A stretch of DNA of 64,000 nt, from NCBI GenBank assembly GCA_030704615.1, contig CM060734.1, forward strand, positions 43,400,001-43,464,000. Direction: 5' to 3'. This stretch comes from Takakia lepidozioides. Taxonomy: Eukaryota; Plantae; Bryophyta. A program made the translations under genes and the position numbers. This document shows, piece by piece, positions 21,712 to 33,829 of this stretch (its first letter is position 1; each line of letters begins with the position of its first letter). The notes beneath the pieces are model-generated. The model did not search any database. It was not told where the DNA came from and saw nothing but the letters and a program-made list of their open reading frames with translations.

Positions 21712-24700
21712 GAGAGGGAGTGAGAGGGAGAGATCAAGAAACAAAAAAAATAAAAAATAAAAAAATTGGGGGGGGGGGGGGGTGATTGAGCAGCTGTTGC
21801 TCTCGGTCACCCCCCCCCCCATCTTCTTTTGTTTATTTGTTGCCCCCTCTCTCCCTCTGTCTCCCTCCATCTTTGGAATTGGCCGGTTTTATCAGTGTTA
21901 ATTTCCTGTGTTTTCATCCATACCAGATGGACTCTGGCAGTTTTTCCACCCATCCTATAATGATTTTTCATCCATACTGGATGAACTACCTGGGTGGACA
22001 CTGAATTACCTCTAAGATGAGTCTCTGATTTTTATTCCTCTTTTATTGACTTTCATCCATACCGGATGAGTCACCAGAGAATGAGGAATTACCTCTGTGG
22101 GGGTTGCCACTGGCATCCTATTTTTCCATCCATACCGGATGAAAAATGCCAGGATATTAATTTTTTCATTCCTCTTTTATTGTTTTTTCATCCGTACCGG
22201 ATAAAGCATTTTTGGGATGTGGAATTACCTGTGAGGATGTAAAACCGATGCCTTGGATGTTATTTCCTATTTTTTCATTTTTTCCAACAGATGAACTCAA
22301 TAATTTTTTTTTATCTAAACCGGATGAAGTGTACAGCTTTTGATGGCCCTAGACTGATATTGATTACCCCTAATTATGGTTGGTTAAGGTGTGAAACCCT
22401 AACCCCTACCCTCAAACCTACCGTTTAACCTAGCTACGGATAAAATCCGTCGGTTTTTAAAGGATGTGGTGTTGATTCTCCATCCTGCACGGATGAAAAA
22501 TCGGGCAAGAGCCCTAGGATGTCTCTCCCGCCGTCAGAAGCACGAGCAGTGCTTCTGAGCTCGCGGGAAGAGCGTTATGATGTCTGCGTTTTGCTGCTAC
22601 CCTGTTTGCTGCATCGTACCCGTGCTAGGCGATCTCCTGGGGATGCGCAATGGCGGCGCTTTGTTTTTTGTTTTTTCTTATAGGCGGGAGACAATGTTGT
22701 GAATGCATTGTCTCTTTCCCTCCTCTGGCTTTTAATTTTTGCAGCGGCTCTTGTGTGGGGAAGTATCTCTCCCTCCATTCTTAAACCTAGCAAGTGTGTT
22801 TGTATGCTTCAATTCTCCTTTGCTTTGCTGGAGGTGGCTTGCTGGTGGTGATGGCGCACAGTTCTCTTCCCCAATCGCTCAAGGTGCTTTTGGTGATTAG
22901 GGTTCTTTTTGTTTTATGTCTTTTTCTCTTGCTTTTGAGGTTCTTAGTTGACATCGATGACAAGTGTAGGGGTCTGTGATTCACCTGGGGTTCCACAATC
23001 CTCACTAACCTGTTGGTTTTTGTGGGGCTTGTGATGGGACCAGGTGAGGATCCCTACTTGCTTTGAATTCTAGCTTGCAGATATGGATGTGGGCAAATGG
23101 AACCTATTATGTATGGCGTCTTGACCTGGCTGCTGCCTGCAACCCCGATTTTGGCCCGCTTGCTCCTGGTTTGGCATGTTGATGCTTACTTTTGACTTAT
23201 GTTTTGCTGCCTTTGATGGAGCATTTCGGCCTGGCAGGCCTGTCTCTTGAAGCCCAACATTTGGACCTTACCTTGTCTTGTAATCTTTGACAGCGGTGCT
23301 TGTGGATTATTAAGCTAGGTACTATTTTGGCCTTAAAGAGGAGTTGAGTTTTATGGGTAAGGCCTCAGTGGCTATCAGGTTCTAAGGAAGAGGAGGCCCT
23401 GATTTTTAATATGGCAGCCTGATAAGGCACTGACAGGCCTCTTTCAGACCTGAATCTGGTGTGGAATGGAGCATAGTGAGGTTTTTTTGCAAACCTTGGC
23501 ATAAGCCTCCTGGAAAACAGTGTTGGTAAGCTCTACTGGACCTTTGCCAAAGATTATTAGCCTTGTCTTGCCATCATGCCAGTTACCTGCAATGTATGGA
23601 TTATTTTTTGGCCAAGAGGGCTTGGTCCCGGGCACTCAAGATATTTGTGTGTCCATATCTTGAATCTGTAATATGGCAGGCTGTTCTTCCATTCCCAAGA
23701 TGCCTTGCATGATGCATGTCTTGGGGCAATTATGAATGGTATAGAATGAGGTTGCAATCTGTGTCATGCCCAAGAGGTTTACTTGGTTGCATGTTTGGAA
23801 ACTGAAAAACTGCAGGCTGGTCCATCAAGATGCTTGTGTATACATGTCTTGAATCTGTAGTATGGCAGGTTGTTCTTACCTACCCAAGGGGCCTTGCATG
23901 ATGCATGTCTTGGGGTAATTACAAATGGTAAAGAATGAGGCTGCAATATGCTTTGTCATGCCCAAGAGGGTTACTTGGTTGCATGCTTGGAATTTGCCCA
24001 GACTACAGGCTGGTCCATCAAGATGCTTGTGTGTACATATCTTGAATCTGTAATATGGTAGGTTGTTCTTACTTGCCCAAGATGCCTTGCATGATGCATG
24101 TCTTGGGGTAATACTGATAAGGTAGCTGCAAATTATTTTGTCATACCCAAGATGTTTGCTTGAAGGGCATGTCTTGAATCTGTAATATTGCAGGTTGGCT
24201 TCACATACACAAGATGTTTTGCTCTAGAATGCATGTCTTGTTGTAATTATGATGCCAGGAAAGGGTATGACACGCTGCAGCAATCTGATTTTTCAGTACA
24301 CAAGATGTTTGCTTATATGCTTATCTTGTTATCATGACCTGTACATAAACAAACCCCGCCCTCCCACCCTGTTTTATCATGAATGATTGGGTGAAATCAA
24401 TTGGGAAGTCATGACTAGAATGGAAGTGCTAGATGGTGCCCTGTTTATGGGCTGTTTATGTCCTTAATTGAAAATGACCCTAGTAGGGTCTTGTCCATGT
24501 CTTGACATGACATGAATATCTTCCCACTCTCTCCATCTCTCTTTTTAACTTTTTCTATCCTTCTCTCCCTCTGTGGGGTTTTTTTTTTGTGAGCAGCACA
24601 AAAGAGAGGAGAGAAAGAGAGGGACAGAGAAGGACAGATCAGGAAAAAAAAAAAAAAAAAATGGGGGGTGGGGGGGAGTGACTAAGCAGCTGCAGCTGCT

Positions 24701-27642
24701 CAGTCACTCCCCCCCCCCCACCCATTTGTTTTTCTTTGTTGCCCCCTCTCTCCCTCTGTCTCTCTCCCTACTTGGAATTAGCCGGTTTTATCAGTGTTTT
24801 TTTCCTGTTTTTCCATCTATACTGGATGGACTCTAAACAGTTTTTTCACCCGCCCTATAACAATTTTTGTATCCATACCGGATGAATTACCTGGGTGGAC
24901 ACTAAATTATCTCCAAACTGAGTCTATGATTTTTTCATTTCTCTTTTATTGACTTCCATCCATACCAAATGAGTCACCAGAGAATGAGAAATTACCTCTG
25001 TAGGGGTTGACACTGACATCCTATATATATTTTTTCCATCCATACCGGATGAAAAATACCAGGACATTAATTCGTTCATTCCTCTTTTATGATTTTTTTC
25101 CGTACTGGATAAGACATTTTTTCAGGGGATGTTGAATTACCTGTTAGGATGTGAAACCGATGCTTTGGATGTTATTCCATCCTACTGACAAATTTTCTCC
25201 AATGGATGTACTTATTGACTTTTCCATTTGAACCGGATGAAAGATGCAGCTTATGATGGCCCTGGATTGATGATTAATTACCCTTAATTAACCATAATTA
25301 AGGAGGTAAACCCTAACCCCTACCCTATGACCTATTGTTTAAACCTAGCTAATGGATGATATCCGTCGGGTTTCGAAAAATGCGGTGTTGATTACTCATC
25401 CTGCCACGGATGAAAAATCGGGCATGAGCCCTAAGGTGTCTCTCCTACCATCAGAAGCACTGCTCGTGCTTCTGAGCTCACGGGATGAGAGTTATGGCGT
25501 CTGCGTTTTGCTGCTACCCTGTTTGCTGCATCGTACCCTTGTTGGACGATCTCCTGAGGATGCACAATGGCGGCGTTTTGTCTCTTCTCACAGGCAGGAG
25601 ACAATGTTGTGAATACATCGTATCTTTCCCTCATCTGGCTTTTAATTTTCGCAGCGGCGCTTGTGTTGGGAAGTATCTCTCTCCCTTCTTAAACCTAGCA
25701 AGAATGCTTGTATGCTTCACTTCTCCTTAGCTTTGTTGGAGGTGGCTTGCTGGTGGCGCATAGTTATCTTCCCCAATCGCTGAAGGTGCTTTTGGTGATT
25801 AGGGTTCCTTTTGCTTTATATCTTTCTCTCTTGTTTTTGAGGTTCTTAGTTGACATCGATGACAAGTGTAGGGGTCTGTGATTCACCTGGGGTTCCACAA
25901 TCCTCACTAACCTATTGGTTTTTGTGGGGGCTTATGATGGGACCAGGTGAGGATCCCTACCTGGTTTGAAATCTCTTGAGCTTGCAGATAAGGATGTGGG
26001 CAAAGGGAACCTATTGTGTATGGCGTCCTGACTCGGCTGCTGCCTGCAGCCCCGATTTCGGCCCGCTGTTTGGCATGTTGATGCTTACTTTTGACTTATG
26101 TTTTGCTGCCTTTGATGGAGCACTTCGCCCTAGCAGGCTTGTCTCTTGAAGCCCAGCATCTGGACCTTACCTTGTCTTGAATCTTTGACAGCATTGCCTG
26201 TGGATTTTTAAACTAGGTACTGTTTTGGCCTTAAAAGAGGAGTTATGGTTTATGGGTAAAGGCATCAATGGCTGTTAGGTTCTAAGGAAGAGGAGGCCTT
26301 GTTTTTAAAGATGGCAGCCTGATAAGGCAATGACAGATCTGGATTTGGTGTGGAATGGAGCATAGTGAGGTTTTAGTTGCAAAACCTGGCATAAGCCTCC
26401 TGGAAAATAGTGTTGGTAAGCTCTATTGGACCTCTGCCAGAGATTATTTGCCTCATTTTGCCATCAAACCAGCCATCTGCAATGTATGATTTTTTTGGCC
26501 AAGTGGGCTTGGTCTCGGGCACTCAAAGTATATGTGTGTCCATATCTTGAAGCTAAAGCATGGCAGGCCTTTCCTCCATGCCAAAATGCCTTACATGTTG
26601 CATGTCTTGGGGACAATTATACATGGTGAAGAATGACGTTGCAGTCTGTCTTGTCTTGCCCAAGTGGGTCACTTGGTTGTATGTTTGGAATCTGATAAAC
26701 TGCAGGCTGGTCCATCAAGATGCTTGTGTATACATGTCTTGAATATGTTGTATGGCAGGCTGTTCTTACCTACCCAAGAGGCCTTGCATGATGCATATCT
26801 TGGGGTACTTACAAATGGCAAAGAGTGAAGCTGCAATATATTTTGTCATGCCCAAGAAGTTTACTTGGTTGCTGCTTGAAATCTGATTAATTGTAGGCTG
26901 GTCCTTCAAGGTACTTGTATGAACATATCCTGAATCTGTAGTAGGACAGGCTGTTCTTACCTACCCAAGGAGCCTTGCATGATGCATGTTTTGGGGGCCT
27001 TACAAATGGCAAAGGTGAAGCTGCAATATGTTTTGTCATGACCAAGAAGACTACTTGGTTGCATGTTTGAAATATGGTAAATTGCAGGCTGGTCCTTCAA
27101 GGTGCTTGTATGTACATACCCTAAATCTGTAGTAGGGCATGCTGTTCTTACCTACCCATGGAGCCTTGCATGGTGCATATCTTGGGCTATTTATAGGAAT
27201 TTGAACATGAATAGACCCCGCCCTCCCACCCTGTTTTATCATGATTGAATGGGTGTTGTCACTTGGTCTGCTATGACAAGACTGTAAGTGTTAGATGGTG
27301 CCCTATCAGGGGCTGTTTATGTCTTTAATTGACAATGACCCTATGGGTCTTGTCCATGTCTTGACATGACATGAATATCTTCCCACTCTCTCCTTCTCTC
27401 TTTTTAACTTTTCTACCCCCTCTTTCCCTCTGTGGTTTTTTTTTTTTGTGAGCAGCACAAAAGAGAGGAGAGAGAGAGAGAAGGACAGAGATGGACAAAG
27501 AGAGAGAGAGAGTGAGAGGGAGAGATCAGGAAACAAAAAGAAAAAAAAGAAGGTGGGAGGGGGGGGGTGGGGAAGTCACTCCCCCCCCCACCTTTTTGTT
27601 TTTTCTTTGTTGCCCCCTCTCTCCCTCTGTCTCCCTCTCTCC
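21712..27642. repeat. Tandem duplication of a ~2.9-kb non-coding unit (two units plus the start of a third)
   Basis: 21712-24600 is colinear with 24605-27465; the GA-rich/poly-G/poly-C junction recurs at ~21720, ~24610 and ~27470; internal ~60-bp subrepeats and TTCATCC(N)GGATGAA palindromes. Confidence 0.85.
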
Positions 27643-27780
27643 TGGGATGCCTACAATACTGCTGCATTTATTAGGCATTCATAAAGAAAACGAGATGGAA
27701 ACATAGGATCATCTATCTCACCACAATTTTTGCTTGATCCATTTCATAATATTTATGATATATATATATATATATATATA

Positions 27781-28324
27781 CCGTCCCTGGACAACCATTT
27801 AGGCTATAATTAATTCAAAATGAAAGTGCCTAACCAATTCTGTGATTTTTTTCAGATTTTGGCCTAATTGTTCGGAAACTATGGGACCAAAGTGCCTAAT
27901 GCCCAAAAATTCCAGCAAAGAACTTGCAAGCCTCTTCTCATGTTGTTTGTAATAAGATCAAAATTTCATTGACAAAAATCAATACAAATATATGCATGCG
28001 GAAATAACTTCCTACAAATCGCAAACTATTTGAGATAGCTCCATGTAACTTCGAAAGGCCCTTGCATGGACTCCACAATGTCATCATATTAGGGTTTCAA
28101 AGGAAATGAAAGGTAGCTGGAGCCTGGAAGGGCCCATGGGCATTGGGTGTTGTAATTTTATTCTTAAGAAAATAAATGTTTTCTCTTCTCATGTGCCTAA
28201 TTCTAAGAAATTATAGCATGAAGATGCCTAATGTGAGAAATGGTTTTCAAAAAGTGCCTAATTTGCTGATTGATTGAATTTATTATTAGGCGCAAAAATG
28301 CCTAAAACGGTTGTCCACGGACGG
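27781..28324. mobile_element. Tc1/mariner-type MITE
   Basis: TIR CCGTCCCTGGACAACCATTTAGGC versus reverse complement CCGTCCGTGGACAACCGTTTTAGGC; TA on both flanks. Confidence 0.85.
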
Positions 28325-28726
28325 TATTGTTAAGAGAGCAATATCAAAAGAATAACCTCATATTGTAATGATATCCTTAATTTTCATTAGGGAGTAGTGG
28401 AAGCAAGTTCAATACCATTTGAAACAAAGACAAACAATTGTGCATGCAAGACCATAGTTGCGCAAAATGACGTGATGTGGCGTTAACATGTTAACGCAAA
28501 AATCGACTTTATGGTATGTAATTTTTTCTTAATTTTAATTTCTATATCACGTTGGTAACCATGTGGGCTGCACACTAGCGGCTTCAAAATAATATTATAA
28601 TTTAAAAATGAGATATATGTATATATATATGTATATATATATGTATGTGAGGCCGCCAATACTTGCGGTTCCCCAACAAAAGACTAAAATAGAAGAAAAA
28701 AACAAAAGAAAAATGGGGAACGTTAA

Positions 28727-31700
28727 CCCCTAAACGACGAGCCGACCCGAATCGGGTCGGCCTGATTTTTCATCCATCCGTAGCAAGCACGGATGAAGTC
28801 CGATGAACGAGCGGCTTGAACGAAAAATGTAGTGCGGAACGAGCTGCACACACAGGTCTTTATGGCGCCCCCAACTCCGCCGTCAGGAATTTTTTGAAGT
28901 TTGGAAATTGCAGGATTTTGGGTGGAGGAGGGGGCACGGCAGTTGACCGTCGACTTGGCAGGTGGCAGCGGCCACGTGGGTGGGATTTTGCAGGGGGGGG
29001 GGGGTGGCAAGCAGGGGTGATGAGGCACGGGGTGCATGGGCACCCGCCATGATGGCACCGCCCGACCCTGTCTTTTGCGCGCGTTTTGGCAACTCGACCT
29101 TCTTCTTCACAGCTCCCTGCCAGCTCCATCCCGCATGCATTTTGTGGCTTGTGTTTGTGTGCGACAGCATTTTGCGTTGGCACAAGGCCTTATTGATTTC
29201 TGGCTACCTGGGTACCCAACCCACAATTGCTGAGGGTTAGAGGCGGGTGGCGCGTCTGCACATTCATGAATTCGCAGGCTGGGGGGAGGCATTCTGTAGG
29301 CTCTGTCGTTGAAGCTAAGTCCCCTTAGCTTGTTGCTTGTCTGTGTTCTCTGATATGCTTTGCCGCCTCTGTTGAATGTCCTTCAGTGCGTTCGTTTAGG
29401 GCGCTGATGCGCATTCATGAATTCGTAGGCTGGGGGGAGGCAGTGTGCAGGCTCTCTCATTTATGCTAAGTGCCCTTAGCTTGTTGCTTCTTTGTGTCTT
29501 GGGATATGGCTGCCGCCTCTGTTGAATGAGCTTTAGTGCATTCGTTTAGGGTGCTGCAGCGCTTTATGCCTTGGCGGCCGTTGGTGTCATTTATGCATTC
29601 TGTGTCTCCTCATTTGCATTGCTTGTACTTAGGGGGGTTTATAGGGTCTGGGCGCAGGATGCTATGGGTCACAAGCACAAGGTGTGTGATGCCTTGGAGC
29701 CACCAACACCTCCGCTGCAGTATAAGAGGGCTGTTGAGGTGGTCACTCAGTGGGCGTTGATTGAGCAGCACTGTACTGAGGGGCAATTGAGGGACATTTT
29801 GGGTTTGCTGTGCATTTAGAAGGCATGTTAGTTTGATTTTGGGGTGGAAAGAGAGAAGGGAGGAAGGTGACAAAGAGGGCTTTAGTGAGGTTGTGAATGC
29901 TGTGCTTAGAGAGGACGTCTGGTCAGATGAGGACAGTCAAACAAATGAGGGATGCAGCGCGCCAGAAGCGGGAAAGGCCTGCAGGCAAGGAGAATTCGCC
30001 TCCTCATCGACCACCTGTGAGGAGAAGAACTATGAGAAGAAGGAGTGATGCGGGGTGCATAGTGGGCGGTAGCGCACAAATGCAATTCACCGCGGGTAAC
30101 TGTGCGCCTCCCGCTAACCCCTACAGGTCTCCTCTGCGTCATTGTCTTTCAATTTGCAAGGCTCTTCCCATGTGGGGCCCAATTTGGATGCTAATGGTTT
30201 AGACTTGTTGGATTGTGGAAATGGGGATGTGGAGATGGGGCTTATGGAGGGATATGAGGGCGATTCATGTGAGGAAATGGACTGGGAGAGTGGTGGGCCT
30301 GCCGAGGAGGTTGATGAGGTGAGTGAAGAGCCTTTTGCAGCTTTGTTCGCTCCTGCAAGTTGGGAGTGCAGAGAAACTACCTTCTGCAATGATAGAGAAA
30401 AATTCACTGGTCCCCCACCTGGGCCCATGCTGCGGCTGATTTTTGGTTCCCCTGTGGAATTGTTTTTCAAGTTGTTCTGGTCCCAAGCAACCCTGCTACG
30501 AATTTGTCGAGAGACCAATCGTTACGCGGCGGAGAGGGTGAACTCGAGGTGGTGCTTCTTGGAGGCCATTGGTTGTGCCAGAGCTACTCGCCTGGCCTGG
30601 TGTGTGTTTGTTCATGGGGATAAAGAGGCTGCCAAACAGCCGCTACTACTGGCAGTAGAGTGAGGTATTCTTTGCATGCCCTGTCATCAGGAAGGTCATG
30701 ACAAGAGATCATTATGAAGCAATCTTACGTTGCTTGCATTTGGTGGATAACTCGACGTTGGTGTCTGATCGTAGCAGTCCTGCGTTTGACAAAATTGGGA
30801 AAGTGAGATGGGCATGTGAAGACATTGCCAGTGCCTACAAACGGCATTGGAACCTGCACAAATTGTTGACAGTTGACAAGATTATGATAAGGTACAAGGG
30901 TAAGTATTGTGCTATACGGCAGTATATGCCTAAAAAGCCATGCAAGTGGGGCATCAAAGTGTGGGCCCTTGCAGACACAGTCAGTAGCTATGTGTATGAT
31001 TTTGATGTCTACTGTGGCAAGAATGGGGGCCCCGAGGGCATTAGGAAGAAGTCTGGCAAAGGTGAAGGATATGATGTGGTTTGGAGGCTAGTGTCTCCAT
31101 TGCATGGACTTGGCCATGTGGTGGTGACTGACAATTACTTCACATCACCAAGGTTGCTGTATGACATGGCTTTGCTTGGGACATGGGCCACTGGCACTGT
31201 CAGGGTCAATAGAAAGGGATTGCCTCCTTCCTTGACGCGCTTGTCCAAGTCCAAGATTGCCAAGCAATGGGACACATGGTGGCATATGCACCGCAACCGA
31301 CAAGTTGCTGCTTGTTTGTGGTGGGATAAGAAAGGCGTGTTCATGGTGTCATCCGTATCTCGGCCAGCATCTGGTCTGAAGTCACCTGTGACGGTGCGAA
31401 GGTTTGTGGGGAATGTGAGGGTGCAGGTGCCTTCTGTTCCAATGCATGTTCAATACCAAACTTACATGCGTGGTGTAGATGTACAAGACCAGATGCGAGT
31501 TGCATACAACATGCAGCTGAAGAATCATAAATGGTGGTATAGAGTGTTTTTTTTCCTTTTGGACACCACGATTGTCAATTCTTACATCTTGCATGTCTAT
31601 CACATGCGAGCGAGGGGGTTGCGTCCCCTGACCCATCTGGAGTTCTCGTTGGCCTTGGCACACGCCCTTACAACTCCTAGCAGGCTGCATGTGCGTCCGG

Positions 31701-31887
31701 TTCGTGCATCCATGTTGGCGACAGAGCCTGCCCGCTGGCATTCCTCTTTGCACAGCCCGCTTCGTTGTGTGTGCATCCGCTGTGGGTTGCGTACCCACTA
31801 CTTCTGTCCCCAATGCGAGGATGCATTCATGTGTCTTGGCAATTGTTGGCGTGAGGCACATCAACTCCGGGGTCGATGAACATGTGG

Positions 31888-31918
<31 letters not shown>

Positions 31919-32948
31919 GGAACCGCATCTGCAGGTGTTTGATGCTGCTATGCTGGCCTCAGGACATGGCGGATAGAGTGTGTGGGTGGGTGTGTGTGTG
32001 TGTGGGGGGAATTGTCTGCATATGAGGGCAGATCAGGGGGTTCGATCCCCCCTCAGTTCAGTATGTAAACTTGCTTGTCGGGCTTGTCCCATGTCTGCTG
32101 AGTTCACCGTGTCTGGTGGTAGTTGACAAGTCCACAAAGAAGGAACCCGACAGTTAGAGTCGGGTGCTTGTGAGGCCCTCCCCAAAACGCTGAGGAACAT
32201 CGGGACGGTTCGAATGAGCTGGCCCTGGCAAATAATGGGAAACCTCGACGTGGCCCGGAAAACGTCGCCGGATTCAAGCGAAATTCCGGCCACCGATTGC
32301 CTGACATGGAGGAGGTCGGAAATTTCACAAAATCCCACATCCCAAATGCAATTTAGGGTATTTTTGGGAAATTCTTGGGTAGGCTTGTGTAATTCTTGGC
32401 CTATGAGGGAGTGACCGTTGGAATTCCTAATTGAAGGAGAATTTGGGGTCCCAATTGGGCTTATACCATTTCCTTTGCAAATTGTCTTTTTGGACCCCCA
32501 TTCCAGTCACATACAAAGCACCCCCCCTTTAATTTTGGCAGATTGGAGTGAAATTTGGTGTGCTGGTTTGGGATTGTGCACTTCATAGGAATATAGAACT
32601 TTTTCTCCCAGGATAATTTGGGATCATGGATAATTTGCTTGGTCAAACATGAACTTTTGCTTTGTTTTTTTCCATTTTCCAAAAAATGCACCATCTTCAA
32701 ATGTTATAATCTCCAAAGACTCCCTGTTGGTAGGGGTGTGTGTCGCGGCCCTTTGCCTTGAGGGCAGGGGGTCGGGACACAAGAGGGGAGTCTCCCCAAA
32801 TTTGGGGGGCTTGTGCATCTGATAGGTAGGAAGCAGTTTGTACGGTTCATCCACGTGGATGAACATTAATGGGCAGGTAGCCGTTGACGTGTGGGGCTAG
32901 GTCCCGGAATTGTCCAAAAACCCAAAAACACCTCTCGTCCTTTAGGGG
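28727..32948 (+). mobile_element. Full-length piggyBac-like DNA transposon (4222 bp)
   Basis: TTAA TSDs at 28723-28726 and 32949-32952; TIRs CCCCTAAACGACGAG and CCCCTAAAGGACGAG (14/15 match); internal DDE_Tnp_1_7-type transposase. Confidence 0.95.
30142..31879 (+). pseudogene. piggyBac (PGBD-like) transposase with one frameshift (~30545) and one in-frame stop (~30657)
   Basis: ETNRYA, MTRDHYEAILRCLHL, LTVDKIMI, RQYMPKKPCKWGIK, VVTDNYFTS, GTVRVNRKGLP, MRGVDVQDQ, KWWYRVFF, and a C-terminal Cys-rich domain (CIRC..CPQC..CLGNCWREAH). Confidence 0.92.
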
Positions 32949-33435
32949 TTAAATTTGGTGGTCTCCAATTGTTTGAATATAAATGGGGACCATTAGTCCC
33001 CACCGGTCCGAGAAAAACATTGGAATTTTAGAAACAACATTGAGAAAATAAAAAAGGGCACCGCTCCGGATAGCCGTCCTAGCTATAACATTAAGATATA
33101 GACGTATAGAATGTAAAATAATAAAACACGAAAATACAAATAGGACCGCACTAGCCCTGGCAGTCCCCAACATAAATACAGAAACTAAAAATATAATTAA
33201 TAGAACATATTAATATTATTTAATAAATATATATTAAGTTAAAATTATTAAAAACAAATAAATATTAAATATAAAAACAATGTGTAGGAAAATAAATTGA
33301 ACGAGTCCTGGTCCCAGTATGATTTTTGAATAAAAAAAATAAAAATGAGGGAAAAATATTATTTTCCATCAAAAAAAGAGAAAAGAAAACAAGTAAATGG
33401 GGACCACCAGCCTAGCGGTCCCCAACATGATATTA

Positions 33436-33829
33436 GAGCAACCCCACCCTACACTGAACCCAACACGCCAATGGAATATGAGGGTATGGTGGGCGGAAAC
33501 GTCCCCACCCATGCACTGAACCCTATATCCCATGAAAAGCGGGCACTGAATATCGTTCCGTGCACAGAACCCGAGTGCTGTATTCAGTGCCCAGAATACG
33601 CCCTTGAATCCAAGTCAACGTGACCAAGCGCTTGCCTGTCAGCATCTTGGTGGAGACCTCGCCCCTTCCGACCAATGGGAGGCGAGGTGCGCACGGATAG
33701 AGTGGGCGATTCAGGGACAAGGGTGTGCGCGAGTCGGGCTGCCGCGCCACAGAACCCAGCATGCCCTAAATCGATGACCCTATCTTTGGCGTTACAGGGA
33801 GTTTTTCGGGCTCAAGGTTGGAGATGCTC
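33436..33829. mobile_element. PIF/Harbinger (Tourist-like) MITE
   Basis: TTA TSD on both sides; TIR GAGCAACCCCACC versus reverse complement GAGCATCTCCAACC. Confidence 0.85.
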
